A stretch of DNA of 64,000 nucleotides. It comes from Macrostomum lignano. Its lineage: Eukaryota. Shown piece after piece: positions 1 to 12,495 of the stretch. A program made the translations under genes and the position numbers. A model generated the notes under the pieces. That model was given only the letters and a program-made list of their open reading frames with translations, had not been told where the DNA came from and searched no databases. The stretch spans positions 1 through 64,000 of the forward strand of contig NIVC01002240.1 in the NCBI GenBank assembly GCA_002269645.1. Direction: 5' to 3'. Numbering within the stretch: position 1 is the stretch's first letter; each line of letters opens with the position of its first letter.

Positions 1-3000
1 AAACTATTCGTCAGCTCCAATGCCGAGATGCAGCACGTTGTGCAGCAGGTCCGTCTAGCAGCCGTGGCTCCGGCGAGGAGCCTCAGCGCCGACTACACCG
101 ACTCCACCGCCGTTGCGAGAACAACCCAATCAGGGCCTGTTTGAGCACTCTGCTGGGTACCGGGCAGAGGCTACGGACGGTGAGCAGGGCTGATTGTGCT
201 ATGGTATGTGCTTTGGTCTTAACAGATTGAGTTTATAAAAAACTCGCTTCAGGAATCCAAGGGAGATCGCTGAATTTCCTTGTATTGTATTAGTTCAACA
301 GTGCGAGACATTCTTTCTCTTTTTTAAAATTCTGCCAAAGATTTAAAGGACCCATGACTACCCTTCTATGACTGAATCTCAAATTCCACTGGCTTTGACT
401 CACGAGCATAGCTACTCTCAATTACTCAAATAGCATAGCTACCCAGTGACTCACAGAGCATAGCTACCACACAATGACTCACAGAGCATACCTACCACAC
501 AATGACTCACAGAGCATACCTACCCCACAATGACTCACAGAGCATACCTACCACACAATGACTCACAGAGCATACCTACCCCAAAGTGCCTATTTCAACC
601 TACTGACCCGCAACTCTTGCAGGCTGACCAGAGGCCCTATCCCAGAGAGCGCTTCTACCGGGAGGCCGATGCCAGACAGCACACCGGTGGCAGCCGATAT
701 TTTCCCGCCGACACTGCCGTCGCAGCCTATGAAAATGACGCCGCGGCGGCCGCTGTGCCACCAGAGAAGCGGCAGCGTCTTGACCGCGGCGAGGGCTACT
801 ATAGGGAAGGCGGCGATGGCTACGGGCGAAACGGCGGCAGGGGAGGCGGCCGAGGAGGCTACGAACCGACCGCCTACGGCCGTAGAATCTACGCTGATCA
901 GCAGCAGCCGCAGTCGCGATATCCCATGCATCATCAGCAGACTTGGCCTCAGCAACGGCACAGCAACGGAGCCGAGTCCGAATTCACCGATCGGCAGCAG
1001 TACCGGCAGCCGTATCAGCAGCACCTCACCACCAGCGATATGGGAGGACAACGGCGGCAACTACGACAGTGGCTACGGCTCTTCTAGGCGCTGGGCTTCC
1101 AATCCTAGCAGAACCGACGAGGAAAACTACAGATATAGCCGCGGCGGCGACTGGAACGAGCAACACAACAGCGGCTGGACAATGCACAACAGATGGAAGG
1201 CGGAGAAGGTCGCAGCGGCGGCGGCCCTGCTTCTGATGCTGCTGCGGCTGCCGCGGCTTCTGCCCTGAATGCCTACTCAAACATCTACAGCGGCGGGGAA
1301 GACAATCCGCCGTCGACATCGTTGGCAGCGGCCTATTCGTCTAGCCGGGATCCTCGCTTGGCCGGCCGCAACCAGCGGGAGCCGGTGGACTCAACTGCCG
1401 AGGTCCCGTCGAAGCTGCTGCCGCTATTGAGAGCGAAGATCGATCGAGCTTCTATAACGAGCACCGGGACCCGAGATTCAAAGGCGAGCTGTACAACGCC
1501 GAGGCTCGGAGCCGGCCTGCCGATGAGGCCAAGCAGCCGCAGCCGCAGCTGCCACTCGGATCGGCGTCCAGCAGCGGCCGGAGCCGAGAACGGGACTACA
1601 AAGCTGAGGAAGAGGGCTACGTGTTCTACAAAGATCGCGGCCAGCAGCAGCAGAGAGGCGGTCGCTACGCCGGCGGCCGGGGCGGATCCCACCATTCGCG
1701 TCCGTATGACGATACAGCGGCGGCGGAGTTTGGCGACAGCGGCGGACGGCGAGGGCGTCAATCTTATGATAACTACGAAATGGGTGAGGAGGGCGGCGGT
1801 CCGCGCGGCGGCTGGCGAGGACGTGGTAGAGGCGGCCGCGGCGGCGGAGGGCCAAGCAATGGATTTCCGGCGCCGTACTCTGAGAGCGGCGGCTACCGGC
1901 CGAAGCCGTGGATAGCAGACGGCAGCGGCGGTAGCGGTCCAGCCGGTAGCAGCGGTTTCCAGCTGTTGCCGCGCAGCCGCCAGTCGGTGACGACGATTCC
2001 GTCGCCGCCGCGTTTCGCCAGCTGTGCCATCCCGGCCGGCCGAAGTCGCTGCTCGGCCCGGCGCCAAGTGGGCCGCCTCCAAACTGGCGGTCGGAGGCCG
2101 CTCAGTCCCCGGCGGCCGCTGCCGCCGAGCTGCCAAACCAGACCAGTTTGCAGCCGCCGCCGATGCCGCAGTTGCCGCGAGAGGCGCTGCCGGACTACAC
2201 GAAGGGCCCGCGCGACGAGCATTTCATAGCGCTGGCCGGCCTGCCTCTGGACGCCGATTATTCGGACGCCTGCGCCGCCCTTCCTGGAATTCGGCTGGCC
2301 CTGTCCGACGTAAAATTCGAGACTGATGCTCTTGGCAGGCGAACTGGACAGGCTTTTGTCCGACTAGTCGAACCGGCGGACGTGTTGAGGGCGATTAGCC
2401 AGTCAGGTGAGCTTCGTTACTAAAGTACTAAATTTTTTTAAGTTTGGGTAAAGCCAGCCTTCAAAAACTTTCTAAGAAACGAAATTTTCCCATCCTACTT
2501 AAGTCATATTTTATTCTGGCATGGAATGTCCTAACAACCCAATGGTGTATCCTACTTGTAAGTAGCAAGATAGGAGTAGGAATAAGTAGGAATAATTATC
2601 TGCAACTAATCAATAATCGTATTCGCCTTTTCGATCGCAGTAACCGACGACAGCGGCAGAGTGCACGTGAGCGCCTCCTGCGAGCACGAGTTCCGCTGCG
2701 CCAACGATCCGGACTTCACTGGCGACGCCGACGATCCAGACATCGGCGGCGGCAGCGGCGGCGTGGAATTCCCGCCCAGGCCGTCGCCCTACTACCTGGA
2801 CTGCTGTCTGGAGGTGAACGGCCTGCCGCCAGCCGATCGTAGCCGAGGATCTGCTGACTGTGTTCGGCGACGATCGGGCAATCGCCGATATGTCTGAAGA
2901 TTTGCACCTGGACCGGAGCAAGGACCCGAACTCGTGACGGCTTATCTGCGATTCGACGGCTTCGAACGATTTGCCGAGGCCACTCGGAGTGACGTCACCC

Positions 3001-3287
3001 AGCTGGCGCCCTGCGCCTACTTTGTCGCCATCTCCCGGCTGCAGTTCGCCAGCTACAGGGCGGCCTCTCTGCGCTGCGGCGACGCCGGCGCCGAGGAAGA
3101 CGACGAGGACGACGAAGAGGTCGACGATCAGGGAAGGCCGTCGAAGGCGACCGACTTCAGGCGCCCGCCGATCGGGTTTCAGCGGCAGCAGCCAATCGGA
3201 GCTGTTGTGAAGCAGAAAAACCCGCAATGGAAGAAATCGAAGCCGGATCGAGCGCTGCCTAGCAACAAGACTGATGAAGCCTGTTAG
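1..3287 (+). CDS. RGG/low-complexity RNA-binding protein with two RRM-like domains (hnRNP F/H-RBM12-ESRP-like); 5' end lies outside the window
   Basis: Exons ~1-179 (donor GTGAGC at 180), 623-2406 (branch-like TACTGAC at 601, acceptor TTGCAG, donor GTGAGC at 2407) and 2641-3287 (acceptor TCGCAG). The spliced join reads ...ISQS-V-TDDSG. RRM-like segments: HFIALAGLPLDADYSD...DALGRRTGQAFVRL and CLEVNGLPPA/IVAEDLLTVF...TAYLRF. RG/YGG-rich N-terminal half. Several apparent frameshifts split the ORF. Confidence 0.6.
398..585. repeat. 28 bp intronic minisatellite (ATGACTCACAGAGCATACCTACCACACA)
   Basis: About 5-6 tandem units directly visible just upstream of the 623 acceptor. Confidence 0.9.
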
Positions 3288-3824
3288 CTTCTATGGCTTT
3301 CCCAGCTTCTCTGTCCCGATAATAAGTTAATCATAATAATAAATTTACTAAAGCGAATACAGTAAACGCTGTACAGTCGGAGTCTGTGCGTTGCCGTCGA
3401 GTTAAAAATATTTTAAATGCCTGTCAATTCATGTCTATAATTTAACAGCTTATTGCTAGCGCTGTCTTGTGTGTGCAAAGTGATCCAGCGGCCTGCGTCA
3501 TCCCATGTTCTAACTATGTGACATTATCCATCTCTCAAATGTTATGATATTTTTGCTAACTATCAACTAATAATATATCGCAATAGGCATATCGTATTTC
3601 TGTGCTTAAACAGTCACCGAAAGACAACTTTGACCGGAGTCAGTGGTAGTTTAACAGATTTTTTTACATGCATCGTACATTTACCGATACAAAGAAATTC
3701 TGCAATAACTCACCATCTTTACTACTTAATCTTATGGTTGTAGGTCCTTGTTTTAGTAGTTTTTAAACAAAGTTCAATTTGGGCTCGATTTGGCTACAGA
3801 TAATATCTAGATAGACCACTCAGG

Positions 3825-4215
3825 CATACAATGCTTTGTAGAACAGCTTTCTACTTCCAGTTCAGTAGCAAAGAAGAATTCATAAGCTATTTTATAACAA
3901 TTAAGCCAGTTGAAATGATTCTGATAACTGTTGAAGCCCAAGCTTGCAGACGTAAACAACTTGCTAATTGGTTCAGCCATAATGTACATTAGCCAGCGCC
4001 ACTGAAATGTACATCGAGAAAGGCAATTAAAAATTAGGCGGCGGGGTGGGTGTAGAGGTTCCGTGTAGAAAGGGCGCGGTGGAGGGGGGCTTCAAGGTTT
4101 AAGCTAGGGGAATTAAAGAGCCAATAAATGAGCCTGTCTTTAAGTTTAAACTACATTAAAATCATGCTTGTGTTTAACTTCTGCTGAACTGGAAGTAGCT
4201 TACAGGCAAATGTGC
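3825..4215. mobile_element. MITE-like dispersed repeat, copy 1 (second copy at ~29090-29485)
   Basis: ~390 bp shared in the same orientation with 29090-29485. Imperfect inverted ends CTACTTCCAGTTCAGTAG ... CTGCTGAACTGGAAGTAG. No ORF. Confidence 0.6.
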
Positions 4216-4877
4216 TGAGTGCCTTATCTCAGTATCTGTGGTATAGGAGGCTGATTAAATTTAGTTTCTTTCTTTGACGTTCTTTTGGCTCTTTTTAAAC
4301 TTAAATCCCAAAAACGTACATGTGCGAGCAGATCGTACTGTAGACGTATCGATTTCATCCTAAGCTTGAATTCATACAATGTACATGTGCTCGAACAATT
4401 TTATTAATTAATATTTGGTTGGCACTTTAAAACTTCCCCTAACAAATTTAGCAACTCAATATAATTTTTTTCCTTTCTGCGTCATATAGAAATTCAACCA
4501 GAAATTCAAAGTTAAAAATTAATATAATGCGCGCCCATTTTTAAGTAATGGACCAAAATAAACACGCACGTAATTTATAATATCTATATGGCTACGAAAA
4601 GCTATGTAGTAAATGAGACCGTCAGAGTACTGCATGACGTGTAATCCTGAATAATAGCGTATTCGTTCCTAGATACAGCGTGTTTGTATTTTTAAGCGTA
4701 AAGCATCATCCTGCCTAGCTGAAAAGCACAATTCGAATATAAATGTAATGGTCATTACGTCGCCACTTTTCTTGTTACTTTTTCATTTTTTTTCCGCTAT
4801 AAACTGAAGTTTGTGGGTACGCGCTCGTAGCATCAGTGTTGAACTGAAGGAGCTTTTGGGTAGCATTCGGTGTTAAA

Positions 4878-5910
4878 CTGAGTGGGCTGATGGGTAAACA
4901 ACTACAACAATAAACTGAGGGTGCTGATGGGTAAACAACTACAATAAACTGAGTGGGCTGATGGGTAAACAACTGCAATAAACTGAGTGGGCTGATGGGT
5001 AAACAACTACAACAATAAACTGAGGGAGCTGATGGGTAAACAACTACAATAAACTGAGGTTGCTGATGGGTAAACAACTACAATAAACTGAGGGTGCTAA
5101 TGGGTAAAACAACTACAATAAACTGAGGGTGCTGATGGGTAAACAACTACAATAAACTGAGTGGGCTGATGGGTAAACAACTACAATAAACTGAGGTTGC
5201 TGATGGGTAAACAACTACAATAAACTGAGGGTGCTAATGGGTAAAACAACTACAATAAACTGAGGGTGCTGATGGGTAAACAACTACAATAAACTGAGTG
5301 GGCTGATGGGTAAACAACTACAATAAACTGAGGGTGCTGATAGGTAAACAACTGCAATAAACTGAGGGAGCTGATGGGTAAACAACTACAATAAACTGAG
5401 GGTGCTGATGGTAAACAACTGCAATAAACTGAGGGAGCTGATGGGTAAACAACTACAATAAACTGAGGTTGCTGATGGGTAAACAACTGCAATAAACTGA
5501 GTGGGCTGATTGATAAACAACTGCAATAAACTGAGGGGGCTGATGGGTAAACAACTGCAATAAACTGAGGGGGCTGATGGGTAAACAACTACAATAAACT
5601 GAGGGGGCTGATGGGTAAACAACTGCAATAAACTGAGGGTGCTGATGGGTAAACAACTACAATAAACTGAGTGGGCTGATGGGTAAACAGCTACAATAAA
5701 CTGAGTGGGCTGATGGGTAAAAAACTGCAATAAGCTGAGGGTGTTGGTGGGTAAACAACTGCAATAAACTGAGGGAGCTGATGGGTAAACAACTGCAATA
5801 AACTGAGGGTGTTGGTGGGTAAACAACTGCAATAAACTGAGGGAGCTGATGGGTAAACAACTGCAATAAACTGAAGGTGTTGGTGGGTAAACAACTGCAA
5901 TAAACTGAAA
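4878..5910. repeat. ~34 bp minisatellite (AATAAACTGAGGGTGCTGATGGGTAAACAACTAC), ~30 units
   Basis: Tandem units directly visible. They produce the repetitive minus-strand ORFs in the track. Confidence 0.95.
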
Positions 5911-6276
5911 AATTGTGTATAGGCAAAAAGCGGGACAATTGGCTTTAGTTTTACTATTATTCCAAAAGTGTAAACCGGAATTAAATATAATCTTGTTTTA
6001 TATTTCAAACTAGAGAAAAAAACTCACAGGGAATTTGTGAGGAACAGATTTTGTTTCTGCTGGTCGGTAGGCATAGTTTTAATTGAGCAAACAGATGGAT
6101 GGCCACATATGCAATCGATGGTCATTGGTTCCAGATTGGTCAAAGCGCACGTTCATGATCAGCTGAACTGCTTTGGAAAACTAGATAGATGTCAGTGATT
6201 GATTTCTACTACCATTGATGGATTGTTGGAATTAAAAGAACAAGATGAACTTTGAAATCAATTTTCAAGTCGAAGT

Positions 6277-8145
6277 CTACTTTCCACTGCCGGGCATGTA
6301 GCGCAGGTACTGCTTGCCGGAGGGCAGATCCTGACCTGGGTGCCAGCCGGCGGGGTCTTGATAGACGGCGGCACGATGCAATCGTCGCCGGAGCGCCAGT
6401 TCACCGGCGTGGCAAAGCCGTTCTTAGCAGTCAGCTGGATGCTGTCGATAGCGCGCAGAATCTCGTCGAAATTGCGCCCAGTGGTGGCCGGGTACAGGAT
6501 GGACATCTTGAGCTTCTTGTCCGGCCGATGAGGAACACGGTGCGGGCTGGCAGCGGCAGGCCCTCCTTGCCGATCTCGTTGGGGTCGAGCATCTGCAGCT
6601 GGACGGCCAGCTCGCGGCTCTTGTCGGCGATGATTGGGTAGGGCAGCGGCCGGCTGCAGTCCGTGGCACCGGACACGTGCATCACGTCCTTGGACCAGGC
6701 CTTTTGGGTTTTGATGAAAAGGCGCTTATAGTGACCGCCTTTTGCCCAAAAATCAATTCAAATTGAAATGATTAATTTGTTCTTGAACCAACCGGGGAAT
6801 TGCCTATCAACCGCCCATCGAAAATCGTTCTTGATCTGCTCTTAGAATCGCCTCTAATCTCACCTTCAGAGAATCGCCCCTGAACCACCCAGAGAATCGC
6901 CCCTGAACCACCCAGAGAATCGCCCTGAACCACAGAGAATCACCCCAGATTCCAGAGCCACTTAGAGAATCACCCCTGAACCACCCAGAGAATCGCCTTT
7001 TAAACTAATACCCAGAGAATCGCCCCTAAACCACCCGAGAAAATGCTTTAAGACCTAAGATAATAGGAGTAAAAAGCATAAAAAATGTCGCTCTGAATCC
7101 GGTAACATAATATTATTAAAGCTTGTTCAGTTTATTAATATATTGAATGCTCACTCTTATCGCGCCTAAACAAAAAGATGATCAAGCACCAGCACGCCTT
7201 GCCTATAGGCTTATCAATTGTTGGACCCGATAACAAGGCTTAAGTCTTTAAGAGTCAGAGTACCAAAGTTAAAGACTTACTTAAGTTAACGAAGTTTCCT
7301 TTTCTTATCAATAATATTTTATTGCGTAAAAGCTGCTAGACTGGACCTAAAATCTGTCGGTCACCCTTGTTTGATAAAAATTCGGTCAGATTAAACAAGG
7401 CAAAAATCCAAAGGTAAAATTACATGCTATTTATTTCCTTATCTATGACCTTTAAGAGACCCTGGGACAAAGCCGGCTGGTCTTGATCTGGACTTTGGGC
7501 TTATTTTTTCAGACGAATCCAAATTATGGCATCCTATAAAATAGGATTTGATTCAAAGTACAATATGTCCTGAGCCAATATATATCCAATAAACAAATAC
7601 AGTTAAATATTTTAATATTATAATCTTTGTTTATAAGAATATACAGTCCAGAAGGTTGAGATCCTGGCTTTGGAGTTCGTGAAGTTAAATTCCATTCAAA
7701 TTCGTGTCATAAAGGACATTGTTAAAAAATTTTTGTTCACCCAATAAACTGTCTTTAAACATCTCGAAAACGACTACTCATTTGTTCATTGACAATGACA
7801 TTGTCATTACCATTAGCCTTGCTTTTAATGCCAATTGGCAATGGTGTCTGTTTAAAAAGGAGTTTGATTAAAAAACGAACGGAAGGGAATGTTATCTCTT
7901 TGAGCTTGTCATTACCTTGTGATCTTCAACGGAATCCAACGAGATTGCAATCAGCTTAACTCCGCGCTTATCAAACTCGGGCTTCAGATTAACAACCCGA
8001 GCCAGTTCGGTAGTGCAAACCGGGGTAAAATCGGCCGGATGAGAGAACAGAATGGCCCAGGAGTCGCCAATCCATTGGTGAAAGTTGATGCGACCCTCGT
8101 TGTGTCCGCGTCAAAATTTGGGAAAACTTCGCCAAGTCGGGCCAT
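6277..8145 (-). CDS. PRDX6: 1-Cys peroxiredoxin (peroxiredoxin-6), two exons
   Basis: Exon 1, 8145-7916: [47 protein letters not shown] (peroxidatic PVCTTE motif). Intron 7915-6701 is GT..AG. Exon 2, 6700-6277: [53 protein letters not shown]. At least three frameshifts (at ~8098, ~6525 and near ~6330). Confidence 0.93.
6875..7035. repeat. ~23 bp degenerate minisatellite (GAGAATCGCCCCTGAACCACCCA) in the PRDX6 intron
   Basis: About 6-7 imperfect units visible. Confidence 0.8.
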
Positions 8146-11100
8146 TGTTGTCGTGTTTCTGTTTACGAGAAGTCTTGTGAGAGTGGGGTAGGCAAGAGTG
8201 AGAAAGGCAAAAAGCCTGGGTAGAAGAGTTATCTCTTTAAAAAGGCAAGACTATAACTATCAGCGGGGACTGGGGAGGTTGAGGTTGTATTGTAGCTCGA
8301 GTGTACAGTGTGGACCTAGAGCGAGGGGCCCGGGCCGGGGGGGGGCAAGTAAAATCAATAAAAAGTCTCTCTGCTTTCTGCCCTCAAACGGAGGGGATGT
8401 ACACCATGAAGGAAAAAGAATGTACACTGGGACCGGACTGACTGTACGCAGAATGCGGCTTGTTATCGGTACAGAGCAGTTTTACTGCTGCGCAGTGCGC
8501 CTGCTGTATATGCGATAAAGGCATGCCAAGTGGTAAATTTATTAACTTAGGTCTCCTCCATTATACGAGCGCACACACGTAAATGAGGCCAAAATTTCTT
8601 TGACAAAGAATTTGTTCTACACAAATTCAGCTGCAGCCAAGCTCTCAACTTCTCAAGCAACTACTTAAATAGGGGTATAGGAAAAACCCTTTAAATTCTG
8701 GTTCACTTGAAGCTCGTATATTACAATGGGAGTGCTTTATTAGCTCAAAATATCAAAACCCTGAAAACATGATATAACAAAAACCGCGCCGTAGTTTTCG
8801 ACGTGAAACTTCGAGTTTTGAACCCCCCCCCGACTATGGGCACGGGGTAATAAAGTGCTTGCTTTCTTATATATTAAATGCAATTAATAAGTGAAGTTAG
8901 TGCTCATTCAGTGTAGAAGCATAAAGTTAAAAAATGAGATGAATTTTAAATAAAACATAGATTTAAACTAGCTGAGGAATCAATTTAAAGAACTGAAATA
9001 AATTCTCTTTCTCCGCAACCAGCAGAAACAAAAGAAACAAAACAAAAGAAACGAAGATGTTTCTTGCCAGCGTAGCTAGTTCATTTGAAACCATAAATTT
9101 CAAATTTAGGAATTTTTATGCACAGGTTTTTTGTTTTTCTATTTTCATTTCTTCTGCATAAACTTTCTCGGAATGAGAAACTGATTATTTTACACTAACA
9201 CTGCTCCAAACTCCAATCCAACATGCACAAAAGGTTGCATGAAAAAATGGTTTCCAGTCTTTGAAAATATAAACCTTACACAAAATTTTACAATTCTCCA
9301 GCGCAGCGAAAAAATGATTGCCGCGAAAACGTGCCAACTATTTTCTGTTGTTTTTTGGCTAGAGAAAAAGAGCATAATGACAGGCAAGATTGCTTATCCA
9401 GGGCAGCAACGGTCTGTGGATGAATGAACTAAAGGCTTTAGTCTTTAGACTCAAACCCTAACCCCGAGACTAATTAATGTACAACTCTAAGGGAAATGTT
9501 CATTTCTTAAATACAATGGCGCGAAAGTACAAGCACAATTAAACTGAACCTACTACGTACACTGCACTCTCGTCCTCAAGTGTAAAATTAGCTAAAGCAA
9601 GTTCCCTTTTCTAGCAGTGTATTTGCACGGGTTATAAATACGATGTGTTGCCCCAGTCTAACTCATTCCAACAAGCATACACATACTCAGCCCTATATAT
9701 ATGCCTTGCTTTACCAGCATCGATTTGGTAAGTTTGGTGTCTAATTCTTGAATTTATTTGCTTCAGGTTGCTTTAGGAAGTAGGGGCGCAGCACAGAGGT
9801 GTCACTTTGCATATGGAGCGCCCTACTTGGGCGCAATGGCGAGGCACCATTGACGGATGCCATACCTGGTGGGGCAGCCTGATAGGTCTCTTGAGCTGAT
9901 TACACTGTTGTGATAAGGGGACATTTTCTTTGCCTTCAAACCCTTGTCTTTGCCCCTGACGCTGTATTTGCAGAGGTGTTCTAAGGTCTACATGCATGGG
10001 TACTCTCATGTCCTCGGGTAGAGGGGGGTGCGGCTACTCCTGGATTCGCTCTTGTATAGAAAATCGTATCAAGAATTTTTCTAATTCAAAGACTAATTTT
10101 TTGTAGTTGTACACATTCGAACGTTGTAACAAGTTATGCCATATGGTCTACTAGCAGTAGGCTACCAGCATTTTTTATCTCTTTTTTCCCATGATGTGAA
10201 AAAAATTACTACGAGCGTACGTATAATAGGTCAATATTTTTTTCTGTTATTGTTAAATCAATATTTACGCTCGTATTCTTCTTAGAGTTTGATTTTTAGC
10301 TGTTTTCTCGTCGTAAATCATTTCTTGACAGCGAATAGACAGCGTCTGAAGCCAACCATCAAATTTGTGGGATAATTACGTGTAAATAATAACAATTATC
10401 GGGTCGAAAAGATTGCACAAACTGCTTAAATGATATTTTACGTATAACTTATTTCTACACACAGGCGGTCAATAAGCTAAGCATTCTATTTGTTCTACGC
10501 ATTTACAGTTTTGGACAATTACAATCGAAAAGAGTGCATAAAGCCAACATCACCTCTAGCATCGATGAGGCTGCATGGTTAGCCTGACGCTGGTCTCCAG
10601 GCGGACCTGAATTTATTGCTTTGTTCTACTGCTTCAGTCTCTGTGAGCATCATGTCATTTTATTTCCTCAATCCTGACTGTACTGTACTAGAAGAATACT
10701 GTATTGTAATAATTACAGAGCTTAAAGGCATTCTACGAGTAAGACGTGATTGCACGTAATTAGGAGGATATCCTATATGCTAAAATTGGATAATATAACG
10801 CAAAAAGCACGTATATATGCGACTTAGAAACAGTTTTTGTAGAACGAGCTACTTTTTACGTACATTAATGATTTGATCGAAAAATTCGCCATTTCGCTAC
10901 CACAAATTACAAGCTTATCATGAACGCGTTGTGCTACGAGTTACAAGTGCTAGTAAAGGGAAATTTGAACAAGTTAAGATTGGTATCATTCCCATCGTCC
11001 TATTAACGGGCCTCGTAAAAGTTAGCGTAGTCTAGCTGGAATCGGACGCGGCTAATTATCATAACGCAGATACTTTGTCATTGATCGATCGGAAATTCGA

Positions 11101-12495
11101 TCTGTCAAAATTCTAAGGCGGTGATGAGTTATCCTTAGCGAGCACTTTGGTTGCTGTCTCTTCTCAACTGTCTGAGAACGCTCAATCCTGTTAATGCTAT
11201 CCATAAAGAACTTTCAGCATTATATAGTTCAACAAAATTGTCGCCAAAGTTTTCGAATTACTCGTGTTTTGTCTTGACAAAATTCCACATTTATACAATT
11301 CCGTAACACAGAAGTAGTGTTCTGCCGCAGTCGTCTAGGCATCTCACAAGAACAGGCAGAGACTTACTAACTTATGTTGTAACGGGTTTCTGATTGTTTA
11401 CTTCAATACTTTATCAATAAACAATAGCGATACGTTTTTTTCTCTCGTCAATCATGAGGTCGCGAACTCACGAAGTGAAATACAAGTAGTTACCGAGAAA
11501 ACAAACTGGAACAAAAACAAAATTTTATGTTGCCAACGCGCTTTGTCGTCACCAAATACTTTATACTCGTAAAATATTTACTTTATAAAAAATACGGCTG
11601 GTATAATAAATTCATAAAGAACAGCATGTACAAAAATCCAAAGTCGAGTCGATTCAGTACGGTAAAGATTCAAACCTATAATAGGGGAAAGATGAAGGTA
11701 GAGAGGGAGAGAGTTATACGCTATATAGGTACAGCTCACAGTACTCTGAGCTCAGGCTCCACCCCAATTACCAGCTAGCTGCATATATTCAAGCTGGACA
11801 TTATGATATGGGATGCTTGAATTATCTTAAGCTAATAGCCTTGTTTGCAAACACTGTGTTTTTAATTTGTGTTTTAACACTTAAAACAGCTGAATCGGTT
11901 TACTGACACAACATGATTTACACCCAAGCAGATGATCGATCATTAATTGCAGAGTTTTTTTTAGCATTTAGGCCGCTAGCTCATTAATTGCTCTTGAGTG
12001 CAAGTGTCGCTTGGTTTGCCCTATATAAGAAACACTCTGATCATCAGACCAGCAAAATTGGTAAACAACACCAGCCTTAAGAGCAAGAGGTTGCTCATAA
12101 CCGTACTTGTTTTTAGGTTTTCTTATGCCGTATCCAAATATTATATTTTTGTCGTGAGGCAGCTCAGTCCTAGTCTTATAGTCTAGACTTCAGAGCTTAA
12201 TCAGCTTTATCAGGGCAATTAGCTAAAATACGATTTTTCAAGTTAGGATACATGTACATCAGAAATTGGATTTATTTCACCGTTACACATCCAATACAGT
12301 TGTTTCATTAAAAAAATTAGTGTTTGGCTCAGCTACAAAGGCTCAAAGCAAGTCGTGCGAGCTATAAATTGCGAGCTATAAATACAAGCATATACGCTCG
12401 TAGCTGTGTTTTTAGGCTTGAAGTTTCTTGTTAAAGTTTCTCTATGTTGAAATTCAATTTATTTTTGAAGATATTGTCTCCATTTTTATGTCTAC

